A stretch of DNA of 64,000 nt from an uncultured Clostridia bacterium (GTDB lineage Bacteria; Bacillota; Clostridia; TANB77; CAG-508): positions 670,812-734,811 of the forward strand of contig OZ006973.1 in NCBI GenBank assembly GCA_963931085.1, read 5' to 3'. Positions 1-9,890 of this stretch are shown here, piece by piece. The stretch's first letter is position 1. Every line of letters begins with the position of its first letter. Under the pieces are notes generated by a model that searched no databases, was not told the DNA's origin, and saw nothing but the letters and a program-made list of their open reading frames with translations. The position numbers and the translations under genes were made by a program.

Positions 1-45
1 TCTTCCACATACGACTCCTAAATCGTAAAATTTATTATCACTCAT
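1..45 (-). CDS. N-terminal fragment of a gene that runs out of the window (MSDNKFYDLGVVCGR...), product unknown
   Basis: ATG at 45..43 on the minus strand is preceded by an AGGAGA ribosome-binding site (revcomp of 50-56). The ORF is open to the window edge. Confidence 0.35.
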   Translation of the reverse strand, partial: MSDNKFYDLGVVCGR

Positions 46-106
46 AATAATTCTCCTAAAATATTTTAATATGTATTTTTTCTAATAGTTATTGCTGATT
101 ATTTTT

Positions 107-1414
107 TTATCGAATATCCTGATTATCTAAAGAATTAACATTTATCTTTTTAGATTCAGATGTGGTTTTTGAATCTTCTAAATCAGGAAGTAGAGAAGAA
201 TCTATCTTATATCTTTCATCAAAAGAAGTTTTTGCTTCAGTAATCTCTTCAGATGGATTATAACTTTTTTCTATTTCTTTAATTTCTTTTAAAACTTCAT
301 TTAGAGCATCAGTACCATATATTTTAGATAGTTCTTCAATACTTTTATCTGGCTCTATAAAAGTATTCATAAAAGTTTGTGCAGTTTCCAAAATAGAAGA
401 GCCTCTAAACATAATATTTGATAACGGTTTTGGAGAGATTCCAGTTCCGTCTTTAGATGAAAACATATGAATTTTTCCATCTTTATATATGCCTATACCA
501 GGATTTGTAGGATCTACAATAAGTGTCAGTTTTTCTTTAGGCATATCTATTACAGTTACTACATGATTACCAATAAACTCTATAGAATTGTCTACTATAT
601 TTTCTATTAAAGTATTTGAATTTTCATCAGATTCATTTTCTTGCTCATCTGTATCAATTACAGTTCTATCAATATCAGCAAGATTAAACATTGCATCATA
701 AGACATATATACAGTTAAATTTCTTGCATGAAAATCTGGATTTATCTCATTTAAAATAGCAGTAGTATCATCTGCCATATGCTGACAAACTCCTACAGAA
801 GGATCTTCTAGAAAGCTTAATCTTTCATACCCAAAGATAGTTTCTTTAGGGTCACCATATCCATCTATTTTTTCCCACATATCAGACATTACTTTCATAA
901 TAATTTGAAGATCTGTTAAATTTAATTCTTTTACACTTTTTGCATATTCTTCAATTTGTTTATTATATTTTTCGATTTCTTCTGCATAAGTAATACCATT
1001 TTCTTTTACATCTTTTAATCCTTCTACATTAAATGTTGTGATTGTTACAGGAGGTAAAAGAAGAGTTGCAGATAAAAATAATGGAGCTATCTGATGTTTT
1101 AGTAAATATGTAATTTTGCTAAAAAAAGATTTTGGTTTACTACCAGTTTCATAATAAACTTCAGCTTCTCTCATTTTAGCAAGTAAGCTATTATACGTGC
1201 TTTTTCCATATTTATGATATATATCTTCAAACTTTCCTTCTGAAAATAGTTTATTAATATCTTGTTTTTTATATTTTCTAGGGACTACTAAAGTATATAT
1301 AGTTTGACCATATGAAGAATATATTTCATCATATTTTTTATCTTTTAGTAATCTATGAATATGTGAAAGTCTATCTTTACTTTTAAGTACTTTTAGTAAA
1401 TCTTTTGTATTCAT
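107..1414 (-). CDS. hypothetical protein with an acidic C-terminus; no family recognised
   Basis: 435-aa ORF with no overlap problems. It lies divergent to ldh. Confidence 0.55.
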   Translation of the reverse strand: MNTKDLLKVLKSKDRLSHIHRLLKDKKYDEIYSSYGQTIYTLVVPRKYKKQDINKLFSEGKFEDIYHKYGKSTYNSLLAKMREAEVYYETGSKPKSFFSKITYLLKHQIAPLFLSATLLLPPVTITTFNVEGLKDVKENGITYAEEIEKYNKQIEEYAKSVKELNLTDLQIIMKVMSDMWEKIDGYGDPKETIFGYERLSFLEDPSVGVCQHMADDTTAILNEINPDFHARNLTVYMSYDAMFNLADIDRTVIDTDEQENESDENSNTLIENIVDNSIEFIGNHVVTVIDMPKEKLTLIVDPTNPGIGIYKDGKIHMFSSKDGTGISPKPLSNIMFRGSSILETAQTFMNTFIEPDKSIEELSKIYGTDALNEVLKEIKEIEKSYNPSEEITEAKTSFDERYKIDSSLLPDLEDSKTTSESKKINVNSLDNQDIR

Positions 1415-1547
1415 AAAATCTCCAATATCAAATAGATAATAATTAATATATTTTTTATTACATAAATAATATATTAAAAGGTGATAAAAGTAAATAACAA
1501 TAAATTTATAAAATAAAAAATGTAAGTAAAACTAAAAAAATCGTAAA

Positions 1548-1577
1548 TTGACAATAAAATAAATGTAGTGATATAAT
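1548..1577 (+). promoter_or_regulatory. sigma-A type promoter for ldh (TTGACA, 18 nt spacer, TATAAT)
   Basis: Consensus -35 at 1548-1553 and -10 at 1572-1577, about 90 nt upstream of the ldh ATG. Confidence 0.45.
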
Positions 1578-1666
1578 TTATAAGGTGTAAAAAAGCCTTA
1601 ATAAAATTGGTAGTAATAAATAATACTATAAACTATATAAATAAAAAACAGAAAGGGAGTATTAGT

Positions 1667-2617
1667 ATGGTTGATAAAAGAAAAATAGTTTTAGTAGGTA
1701 CAGGTTTTGTAGGAATGAGTATGGCATACTCATTATTAAATCAAGGTGGAATTAATGAACTTGTATTAATTGATGTATTAAAAGATAAAGCGATTGGAGA
1801 GGCTATGGACTTAGCTCATGGAATGCCTTGTGCTCCAGAAGATATGATAATAAAAGCTGGTGATTATGATGAGTGTAAAGATGCAAACATAGTTGTAATT
1901 ACTGCAGGATTAAATCAAAAGCCAGGACAAACAAGATTAGATTTAGCAGCAGCAAATGCTAAAATTATGAAAGAAATAACAGAAAATGTTGTAAAGAGTG
2001 GTTTTGAAGGAATATTTTTAGTAGCAAGCAATCCAGTTGATTTAATGACATATGTTGTAAAAGAAGTTTCTCATTTTCCAAGTTCAAAAGTTATTGGATC
2101 AGGTACAGCTTTAGATACAGCAAGATTAAGATATTTAGTAGGAAAATATTTAAAAGTATCAAGTAAAAATGTACATGCATATATTATGGGAGAACATGGA
2201 GATTCTTCTTTTGTTCCATGGAATCATGCTTATGTTGGATGCAAAAAAATGAAAGAGATTATGAAAGATAATAAACATCCAGTTTCAGATTTAGAGAAAA
2301 TATATACAGAAGTACAACAAGCAGCATATGAGATAATTAATAGAAAAAAAGCCACTTATTATGGAATAGGACTAGGCCTTACAAAAATAATTAAAGCAAT
2401 TATTAATAATCAAAATGAAATTATGACAGTATCTACATACTTAAATGGTGAGTATGGTCATAAAGGATTATATATAGGTGTTCCAACTATTATAAACAGT
2501 AAAGGTGCAAGAGAGATACTAGAATTACAATTAGAAGGAGAAGAAAAAGAAAAGTTTGACAAGAGCTGTAATACTTTAATGAATATGAAAGAAGAAATTG
2601 ATAAAGTTATAAAATAA
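1667..2617 (+). CDS. ldh: L-lactate dehydrogenase
   Basis: KIVLVGTGFVG Rossmann motif and LDH/MDH family features. The internal ATG at 1667 has an AAAGGGAG ribosome-binding site. The track ORF starts at 1607. Confidence 0.9.
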   Translation: MVDKRKIVLVGTGFVGMSMAYSLLNQGGINELVLIDVLKDKAIGEAMDLAHGMPCAPEDMIIKAGDYDECKDANIVVITAGLNQKPGQTRLDLAAANAKIMKEITENVVKSGFEGIFLVASNPVDLMTYVVKEVSHFPSSKVIGSGTALDTARLRYLVGKYLKVSSKNVHAYIMGEHGDSSFVPWNHAYVGCKKMKEIMKDNKHPVSDLEKIYTEVQQAAYEIINRKKATYYGIGLGLTKIIKAIINNQNEIMTVSTYLNGEYGHKGLYIGVPTIINSKGAREILELQLEGEEKEKFDKSCNTLMNMKEEIDKVIK

Positions 2618-2658
2618 TTTTAAAAAATAAAAGTAAAAATTAAATTCTAAATAAAAAA

Positions 2659-2692
2659 CGCATATTCTAAAAATGAATATGCGCCTTTTTTT
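2659..2692. terminator. bidirectional rho-independent terminator between ldh and the NifX-like gene
   Basis: A CGCATATTC / GAATATGCG stem is flanked by an A-run and a T-run. Confidence 0.6.
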
Positions 2693-2770
2693 ATTTAGAT
2701 GGTAAAAATATATTACTAATGATTTGATTGGCAACCATGCTTATCCTCGTTACAATTATGACTATTACAA

Positions 2771-3127
2771 TCATGATCTTCGCCTTCGTGGCCGAGTACA
2801 TGTAACATTATCTTTGTATTCTAATGCATCATGTAATAGTGCATCTACAACTTCGTCAGCTTTTCCAACGACTCCACCATAAAATTTAATATTTAATTTT
2901 TTTAGTGTTTCAATAGCTCCACTGCCGATGCCTCCGCAGATAAGTTCATCTACATTATTGTTTTTTAGAAGAGTAGCAATAGCACCATGACCATTTTCTG
3001 CTACATCAATAATTGTTTCTGAAGTGATTTGTTTATCGTTAATATCATATATTTTAATATATTGTGTATGTCCAAAATGTTGAAAAACTTCTTTAGTTTC
3101 TTTATCATAAGTTACAGCGATTCTCAT
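2771..3127 (-). CDS. NifB/NifX-family dinitrogenase FeMo-cofactor-domain protein. The C-terminus may be frameshifted; see findings.
   Basis: The MRIAVTYDK...FGHTQYIKIYDI N-terminus and the ICGGIGSGAIETL motif are typical of the family. Confidence 0.7.
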   Translation of the reverse strand: MRIAVTYDKETKEVFQHFGHTQYIKIYDINDKQITSETIIDVAENGHGAIATLLKNNNVDELICGGIGSGAIETLKKLNIKFYGGVVGKADEVVDALLHDALEYKDNVTCTRPRRRRS

Positions 3128-3234
3128 AATAATTCCTCCTTTTATAAAATAAATAATATCAAATTAAGTTAAATTAAATAATTCAAATTTAATAATTGTG
3201 TTAAAACTAAAAAATAATACTTAATAACTGAAAA

Positions 3235-3345
3235 ATAAATATTAAAAATAATATTTAAAATAAAAATTTAAAATAATATTTAAAATAAAAATTTAAAATA
3301 ATATTAAAAATAATATTTAAAAATATTAAAAATAAAATTTTAAAT
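3235..3345. repeat. AT-only tandem repeat (about 26-bp unit AATAATATTTAAAATAAAAATTTAAA, 3-4 copies)
   Basis: Direct reading of the sequence. Confidence 0.7.
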
Positions 3346-3372
3346 AAAAACTTAAAAAAATAAATAAGAAAT

Positions 3373-4038
3373 TTATAAATTTTTATATAATAAAGTTATT
3401 TTTCTACCATTTACTTCTATAAATTTTTCTTCTTTTAGATGTTTTAATTCTCTAAACATTGCAGAGCGATCAACTGCTAAATAATCTGCTAAATTTTTAA
3501 GAGAAAAGTCAAGATAAATATTTTTTTGACGTGTTTTTTTATGTTCTATTTCAAAAAAATCTAATAACTTATCACGGATTTGTTTTTTTTCTAAGATTCT
3601 AATTCTTTCATTTGCTTCTTTAAATTTTACATTTATAATATCAAATAAATTATTATAAAAAATATTAAAGTAATTATGATTTAAGTTATTAGGATTAATT
3701 AATTTATCATAATCTATAACTAAAATAGTAGTATCTTTTTTTGCAATTATTTGATAATCTTCGTAATTTGTTCCTGAAATATTAGTTCCAAATACACTAT
3801 TTTTTTCTAACTTTTCTTTTATAGTTTCATTTCCATTATACTCAATATTTACTATCTCAGCTAATCCATCTAGAACTATTGCTATTATATTATCGTATTT
3901 TATAGTAGGTAAAATTTCTTGATTTTTTTTATAAGGATAGATGTGAGTGCCGAGTAAAATAAATAATTTATTTTTTTGAAAATCTGTTAATCCATCAAAT
4001 GGACTTCTCATAATGATCACCCGATTTGATTTTAACAC
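3373..4038 (-). CDS. Crp/Fnr-family transcriptional regulator (cNMP-binding plus C-terminal HTH)
   Basis: Domain order and a C-terminal HTH signature (RSAMFRELKHLKEEKFIEV). The true start may be the internal Met at 4011, which has a GGGTGA ribosome-binding site. Confidence 0.7.
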   Translation of the reverse strand: MLKSNRVIIMRSPFDGLTDFQKNKLFILLGTHIYPYKKNQEILPTIKYDNIIAIVLDGLAEIVNIEYNGNETIKEKLEKNSVFGTNISGTNYEDYQIIAKKDTTILVIDYDKLINPNNLNHNYFNIFYNNLFDIINVKFKEANERIRILEKKQIRDKLLDFFEIEHKKTRQKNIYLDFSLKNLADYLAVDRSAMFRELKHLKEEKFIEVNGRKITLLYKNL

Positions 4039-4134
4039 AGAAAGTAAATCAGTTGCAAGTGCAACTTTTTTATTTTATTTATTATTGATATAAAGAACTT
4101 GTAAATAACAAAACGAGGAAGGAGAAAAAAACAA

Positions 4135-6327
4135 ATGAAGGTTATCAAAAGAGATGGACATATTGTAGACTACGATCCAGAAAAGATTAGAGTCGCAATA
4201 GGAAAAGCTAATAATGAGGTTAAAGGACATAAGAAAGTTACAAAAGAACAAATTGAAGAAATTATAAAGTATATTGAGGAATTAAATAAGAAAAGAATAT
4301 TAGTAGAAGATATTCAAGATATTATAGAAGAAAAATTAATGGAGTTTGATAAATACGAACTTGCTAAAAAATATATTACATACAGATACACAAGAGAATT
4401 AGTTAGAAAAGCAAATACAACAGATAAATCTATAAAAGAATTAATCGAAGGTGAAAACGAATATTGGAATAGTGAAAATTCTAATAAAAATGCTGAAGTT
4501 GTAACAACTCAAAGAGATTATTTAGCAGGAATAACTAGTACAGATATTACTAGAAGATTTCTTCTTCCTGAAGATATAGTAGCAGCACATGATGCAGGAA
4601 TTATACATTTCCATGATGCTGACTATTTTGCACAAAATGCACTTCACAATTGTGAACTTATAAATTTAAATGATATGCTTCAAAATGGAACAGTTATAAA
4701 TGGAGTAATGATTGAAAAACCACATAGATTTATAACAGCAGCAACAATAGCAACACAAATTATATTAGCTGTTACATCATCAAGTTATGGTGGAGCTACA
4801 GTATCACTTACACATTTAGCTCCTTTTGTAAGAAGTAGTTATGAAAAATATTTAAAGAAATATAAAGAAAGAAAATTAAGCAAAGAAGAATGCGAAAAAT
4901 TCGCAATGCAAGATACTAAAAAAGAAGTTGAAGATGGTGTTCAAACATTTAATTATCAAGTAAATTCTATGACTAATACTAATGGACAAGCTCCATTTTT
5001 ATCAGTATGTATGTACTTAGGAGAAACTGATGAATATAAAGATGAACTTGCAATGATTATAGAAGAATTTTTAAAACAAAGAATTTTAGGATTTAAAAAT
5101 GAAAAAGGTGTATATATAACACCAGCATTTCCTAAACTTTTATATATACTAGAAGAAGATAATGTTCGTGAAGGAAGCAAATATTGGTATTTAACAAAAC
5201 TTGCTGCTGAATGTACAGCAAAGAGAATGGTTCCAGATTACATTTCTGAAAAAATAATGCTTGAATATAAGAAAAATGAACTTGGAAACGGTGAATGTTA
5301 TCCATGTATGGGATGTAGATCATTCTTAACTCCTGATAGAACAATGCACTTAGGAAATATTGCTAAAGCAAAAGATTATGTTGAAGGAAAAGGTAAATAT
5401 TATGGTAGATTTAATCAAGGTGTTGTAACAATCAATCTGCCAGATGTTGCTTTATCTTCAAAAGGTGATATGGATGAGTTCTGGAAGATATTTGATGAAA
5501 GATTAGAGCTTTGCCATAGAGCACTTCAAATAAGACATAAGAGATTGAGTAATGCAACTAGTGATGTAGCACCAATACTTTGGCAACATGGAGCACTAGC
5601 TAGACTAGAAAAAGGTGAATCAATTCATGAATTATTACATCATGGATATTCAACAATTTCACTTGGATATGCTGGACTTTATGAATGTGTTAAATATATG
5701 ACAGGACACTCTCATACAGATAATGGTGAAGGAAAAGAATTTGGACTTAAAGTAATGCAACATTTAAATGATGCTACAGCAAAATGGAAGAAAGAAGAAG
5801 ATATTGATTATTCTGTTTATGGTACACCAATAGAATCTACAACATATAAATTTGCAAGATGCTTAAAAGAAAGATTTGGAACAGTAAAAGGAATTACAGA
5901 TAGAAAGTATATTACAAATTCATATCATGTTCCTGTTTTTGAAGAAATAGATGCATTTACAAAATTAAAACTTGAAAGTGAATTCCAAAGATTAAGTCCA
6001 GGTGGAGCTATTTCATATATTGAAACACCTAACTTACAAGGAAACTTAGATGTTGTAATAGAAGTTATGCAATTTATTTATGATAATATTATGTATGCTG
6101 AACTTAATACTAAATCAGATTATTGTCAAAAATGTGGTTATACAGGAGAAATTCTAATAGATGACGACCTAGAGTGGTATTGTCCAAACTGCGGAAATAG
6201 AGATCATAATACATTAAATGTAGCAAGACGTACTTGTGGTTATATTGGAACTAACTTCTGGAATAAAGGAAGAACAGAAGAGATAAAAGAAAGAGTATTA
6301 CATATTGATAATAAGGTGGCTGATTAG
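4135..6327 (+). CDS. nrdD: anaerobic ribonucleoside-triphosphate reductase
   Basis: N-terminal ATP-cone, a C-terminal CxxC...CxxC zinc ribbon and the glycyl-radical region (RTCGYIG). Confidence 0.95.
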   Translation: MKVIKRDGHIVDYDPEKIRVAIGKANNEVKGHKKVTKEQIEEIIKYIEELNKKRILVEDIQDIIEEKLMEFDKYELAKKYITYRYTRELVRKANTTDKSIKELIEGENEYWNSENSNKNAEVVTTQRDYLAGITSTDITRRFLLPEDIVAAHDAGIIHFHDADYFAQNALHNCELINLNDMLQNGTVINGVMIEKPHRFITAATIATQIILAVTSSSYGGATVSLTHLAPFVRSSYEKYLKKYKERKLSKEECEKFAMQDTKKEVEDGVQTFNYQVNSMTNTNGQAPFLSVCMYLGETDEYKDELAMIIEEFLKQRILGFKNEKGVYITPAFPKLLYILEEDNVREGSKYWYLTKLAAECTAKRMVPDYISEKIMLEYKKNELGNGECYPCMGCRSFLTPDRTMHLGNIAKAKDYVEGKGKYYGRFNQGVVTINLPDVALSSKGDMDEFWKIFDERLELCHRALQIRHKRLSNATSDVAPILWQHGALARLEKGESIHELLHHGYSTISLGYAGLYECVKYMTGHSHTDNGEGKEFGLKVMQHLNDATAKWKKEEDIDYSVYGTPIESTTYKFARCLKERFGTVKGITDRKYITNSYHVPVFEEIDAFTKLKLESEFQRLSPGGAISYIETPNLQGNLDVVIEVMQFIYDNIMYAELNTKSDYCQKCGYTGEILIDDDLEWYCPNCGNRDHNTLNVARRTCGYIGTNFWNKGRTEEIKERVLHIDNKVAD

Positions 6328-6328
6328 T

Positions 6329-6820
6329 ATGAGATATAATTTAATAAGAAAAATGGATATAGCAAATGGACCAGGTGTTAGAGTATCTGTATTTATGCAA
6401 GGATGTCCTTTCCACTGTAAAAATTGCTTTAATCCAGAAACATGGGATTTTGAAGGTGGAAAAGAATTTACAGACGAAACAATAAATAAAGTTTTAGATT
6501 TATGTGGTAAAGATGAGGTAAAAGGACTTTCAATCTTAGGAGGGGAGCCAATGCATCCTTCTAATATTGAAGGAACTGCAAAACTTGCAAAAGCGTTTAA
6601 AGAAAAATATCCTGGAAAAAATGTATGGGCTTGGTCTGGATTTAAATATGAAGATATAAAAGATAAAGATGCTTTAAAATATATTGATGTTTTAGTAGAT
6701 GGAAATTATGAAGAAGAATTACATGATCCAACTTTAAAATGGAAAGGTTCATCTAATCAAAGAGTAATTGATGTTACTAAAAGTAGAGAAAATAACGAAG
6801 TAACTTTATTTAATAAATAA
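6329..6820 (+). CDS. nrdG: anaerobic RNR activating protein (radical SAM)
   Basis: GCPFHCKNCFN cluster. It overlaps the nrdD stop. Start chosen at the Met with an AAGGTGG ribosome-binding site; the track ORF starts at 6305. Confidence 0.9.
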   Translation: MRYNLIRKMDIANGPGVRVSVFMQGCPFHCKNCFNPETWDFEGGKEFTDETINKVLDLCGKDEVKGLSILGGEPMHPSNIEGTAKLAKAFKEKYPGKNVWAWSGFKYEDIKDKDALKYIDVLVDGNYEEELHDPTLKWKGSSNQRVIDVTKSRENNEVTLFNK

Positions 6821-6892
6821 GAATAAAATACTAACATAAAAATTAATATAATAATTAAAATAAAATTTAGAACTTAAAATTCAAAACTAAAA

Positions 6893-6933
6893 ACACAAAA
6901 GAATGAAGAAATTCTTTCTTTTGTGTTTTTTTC
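6893..6933 (+). terminator. rho-independent terminator after nrdG
   Basis: An ACACAAAAGAA / TTCTTTTGTGT stem followed by a T-run. Confidence 0.65.
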
Positions 6934-7042
6934 TTATGATTTTACAATTGTAAAATGATTATAGAAAGTATATAATGAAAAAAATAAAAAATAAAAAATA
7001 AAAAATCAAAAGTAAGAAATGTAATTTAAGAGAGGTAAATTT

Positions 7043-7699
7043 ATGAGTATTGAAAATAAAAAAACTGTAGAAATCTATGAAGAAAAAGCTGCAACATATT
7101 TAAAAACAACTATTGAGCATGATAAATTAGATGAGGAAAAAGCAAAACGTAAAAAGGAAAAGCTACAAAATTTTATAAAAGAGAACTTAGAACAATTTAA
7201 AAAAGGTTCAAAAGTTTTTGAGATAGGATCTGCAGATGGAGAAAATGCAAAATATATAGAAAGTTTAGGATATAATATTACTGCAAGCGATATAGCAGAT
7301 GCTTTTATAAATGAAACAAAATCTAAAGTAGAAAATACTGTTAAATTTAATGTTTTAGAAGATGATTTTAAAGATAAATATTTGGCAGTACTTGCTTGGA
7401 GAGTTTTTGTACATTTTACAAAAGAAGATTTAGATATAACTTTAAATAAAGTTCATAAAGCTTTAGAAAATGGAGGAATATTTATTTTTAATATTATGAA
7501 TAGAGAAACTAAAGTTTGTGATGAAGAATGGGTAGACTTTCCAAATGAATATCATATGGATGCTGAAAGATATTATAAATATTTCTTAAAAGAAGAAGTA
7601 GATAGTTTAATATCAAAAACAGATTTTAAGATAAAATCATTTCACATGGAAGGCGGAGATAACAAAAACAAATGGCTTGTGTATGTTTTAGAAAAATAA
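7043..7699 (+). CDS. class I SAM-dependent methyltransferase
   Basis: VFEIGSADGENA motif I-like segment at a size typical of small methyltransferases. Confidence 0.6.
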   Translation: MSIENKKTVEIYEEKAATYLKTTIEHDKLDEEKAKRKKEKLQNFIKENLEQFKKGSKVFEIGSADGENAKYIESLGYNITASDIADAFINETKSKVENTVKFNVLEDDFKDKYLAVLAWRVFVHFTKEDLDITLNKVHKALENGGIFIFNIMNRETKVCDEEWVDFPNEYHMDAERYYKYFLKEEVDSLISKTDFKIKSFHMEGGDNKNKWLVYVLEK

Positions 7700-7749
7700 A
7701 TTTATAAGAAGATTAATTAAAAGATGAAATTTAAAAATTAGGAGAAATT

Positions 7750-8379
7750 ATGGTAATTACAATAGATGGATTAAGTGCTAATGGAAAGACTACTCTAGCT
7801 AAGATGATTTCAGAAGAATTACATATACAAAATTTTAATACTGGTGCTATATATAGATGTATAGGATATACAATATTAAAAGAAAAATTAGATATCAATA
7901 ATATTTCTGATGTTATAGAAAAAATAAAGAAAATAAAAGTTACTTTTGAAGAAGGAAAAACTTTTTTAAATGGAGAAGATGTAACAGATAAAATAAGAGA
8001 AGAAGAAGTTACAGTATGCTCAAATAAATGGGCTACTATTTTAGAAATTAAAGATGTTGTAAGAAATATTCAAAAAGATTTCATAAAAAAGTATGATTCT
8101 GTAATGGAAGGTAGAGATATAGGTACTAGAATTGCAAAAGATGCAGATTTTAAGTTTTATTTATATGCAGACTTTGAGACAAGAGTAAATAGATTATGGG
8201 GCTTAAAGAAGAATATAGATAAAAATATTATAAGAGAAAATTTAAAAATGGTTGATGATGTAGATATAAATGAAGGTAATTTTATAAAACCAGAAAATGC
8301 AATAGAAATTGATACATCTAATTTAAGTATAGATGAAGTATATAATATTATGATTAATCATATTAAAAATAAAGTATAA
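7750..8379 (+). CDS. cytidylate kinase-like (d)CMP kinase family protein
   Basis: IDGLSANGKTTLAK P-loop and a Cmk-like N-terminus (TGAIYR). Confidence 0.65.
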   Translation: MVITIDGLSANGKTTLAKMISEELHIQNFNTGAIYRCIGYTILKEKLDINNISDVIEKIKKIKVTFEEGKTFLNGEDVTDKIREEEVTVCSNKWATILEIKDVVRNIQKDFIKKYDSVMEGRDIGTRIAKDADFKFYLYADFETRVNRLWGLKKNIDKNIIRENLKMVDDVDINEGNFIKPENAIEIDTSNLSIDEVYNIMINHIKNKV

Positions 8380-8631
8380 AGTATAAAATATTAAAGTATA
8401 AATTATAAAAATTAATGGGGGAAAAGTGAAAAACAAATTTATTTTTTTAATTCAAATAATTTTAAATCTTGTTTTTATTGGAGCTATAATATGGATGCAT
8501 GGTGATATGACTCAATTTGAAAAGATAGTTTCATATCCTTTTATAGGAATTCGGGATATTTAATATAATAATAGTAATAGTTAATTTTTTTCGGGAAAGA
8601 AAACAAAACAAAAGGCATATATAAAGTTTTT

Positions 8632-9240
8632 ATGATATTATTACTATTATATTGTTATATAATTACTATTTCTTCTTTAATTACAAGTATATATGATAAA
8701 GAATATAAGAAAATTATATTACTTGGGATAGTATTTATAGTAGAGATTATAGTATCTGCAAAAGTGTTTTTTAATAAAAGTATTTTAAGTTTACTTGGAC
8801 AAAAATATGGCTTTTTTAATATGAAACAATTAAGTATATATTTATTATTATTTATAACTTTTATTGTAGGAATTTGTTTGATTTATTTTGGAATAAAAAA
8901 TCAAAATGAATTAAAAGAGAAATCAAAAGATTATCTAGAAACAGAAGGATATTATACAAGTTATTCTACTTATGGTGAAAGTGATACACATAAATTAATA
9001 TATACATATGAGGTAGATGGAAAGGAATATAATATTTCTACTGATTATGGAGCAATGATAATTCCCAAAGAGAATAGTACAAAAATAATAAAATATGATA
9101 AAAATAATCCAGAGGAAGCTATTATAGAGGGAATAAACAGAAATAATATAGATATATGTCTTGGAGCAGTTTTTATTATAATTTCAATAGCATTATCAAT
9201 ATCACATTTAAAAAGACTAAAGAAAGTATTAAATAATTAA
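8632..9240 (+). CDS. membrane protein (DUF3592-like)
   Basis: Several hydrophobic helices flank a soluble YEVDGKEY-type segment. Confidence 0.45.
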   Translation: MILLLLYCYIITISSLITSIYDKEYKKIILLGIVFIVEIIVSAKVFFNKSILSLLGQKYGFFNMKQLSIYLLLFITFIVGICLIYFGIKNQNELKEKSKDYLETEGYYTSYSTYGESDTHKLIYTYEVDGKEYNISTDYGAMIIPKENSTKIIKYDKNNPEEAIIEGINRNNIDICLGAVFIIISIALSISHLKRLKKVLNN

Positions 9241-9264
9241 ATATATTTTTAAAGGAGCTTTTAT

Positions 9265-9798
9265 ATGATATATACATCTACATATAATTCTATCTTAGGA
9301 AAATTATTACTTGCTAGCAAAAATAATAAGTTAATTGGAATATGGATTGAAAATCAAAAATATTATTTAGGAGATTTTAAGAATAGCAATGAAGAAATAA
9401 AAGAAAAAGATGATGAAGAAATATTAGTGAAAACAAAGAATTGGTTAGATAGATATTTTAATAAAGAAAAACCAGATATTTGCGAACTTGATATACTTTT
9501 AAGTGGTAGCTTTTTTAGAAAAGAAGTACTAAAAATATTATGTACTATCCCATATGGTAGTACTATGACTTATGAAGAAATATCTAAAAAAGTTGCTAAA
9601 AAATTAGGAAAAGATAAAATGTCTGCACAAGCAGTAGGAGGAGCGGTAGGACATAATCCAATATCAATTATAATTCCATGCCATAGAGTCGTTGGAAAAA
9701 ATGGTAGTCTTACAGGATATGCAGGTGGAATAAATAATAAAATAAAATTATTAGAACATGAAAATATAGATACAAGTAAATTTTATATTCCAAAATAA
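9265..9798 (+). CDS. ogt: methylated-DNA--protein-cysteine methyltransferase
   Basis: IPCHRVVG active-site motif. Confidence 0.85.
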   Translation: MIYTSTYNSILGKLLLASKNNKLIGIWIENQKYYLGDFKNSNEEIKEKDDEEILVKTKNWLDRYFNKEKPDICELDILLSGSFFRKEVLKILCTIPYGSTMTYEEISKKVAKKLGKDKMSAQAVGGAVGHNPISIIIPCHRVVGKNGSLTGYAGGINNKIKLLEHENIDTSKFYIPK

Positions 9799-9890
9799 GA
9801 TAGCTATAAAAAAAATAAAAAGAAAGTAAAAAATGAAGATTAAAAATTTAAATTTAAAATATGAAAAACAAAGTAAAGAGGTAAAATAAA

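Noticed and set aside
4956-5344. Two small minus-strand ORFs inside nrdD
   Set aside because: They lie wholly within a confidently identified essential gene on the opposite strand and carry no ribosome-binding site.
8425-8562. 45-aa hydrophobic micro-ORF (VKNKFIFLIQIILNLVFIGAIIWMH...) upstream of the DUF3592 gene
   Set aside because: It has a GTG start, sits below the track threshold and offers no conservation evidence. It could be a real small membrane peptide, but I cannot support that from sequence alone.
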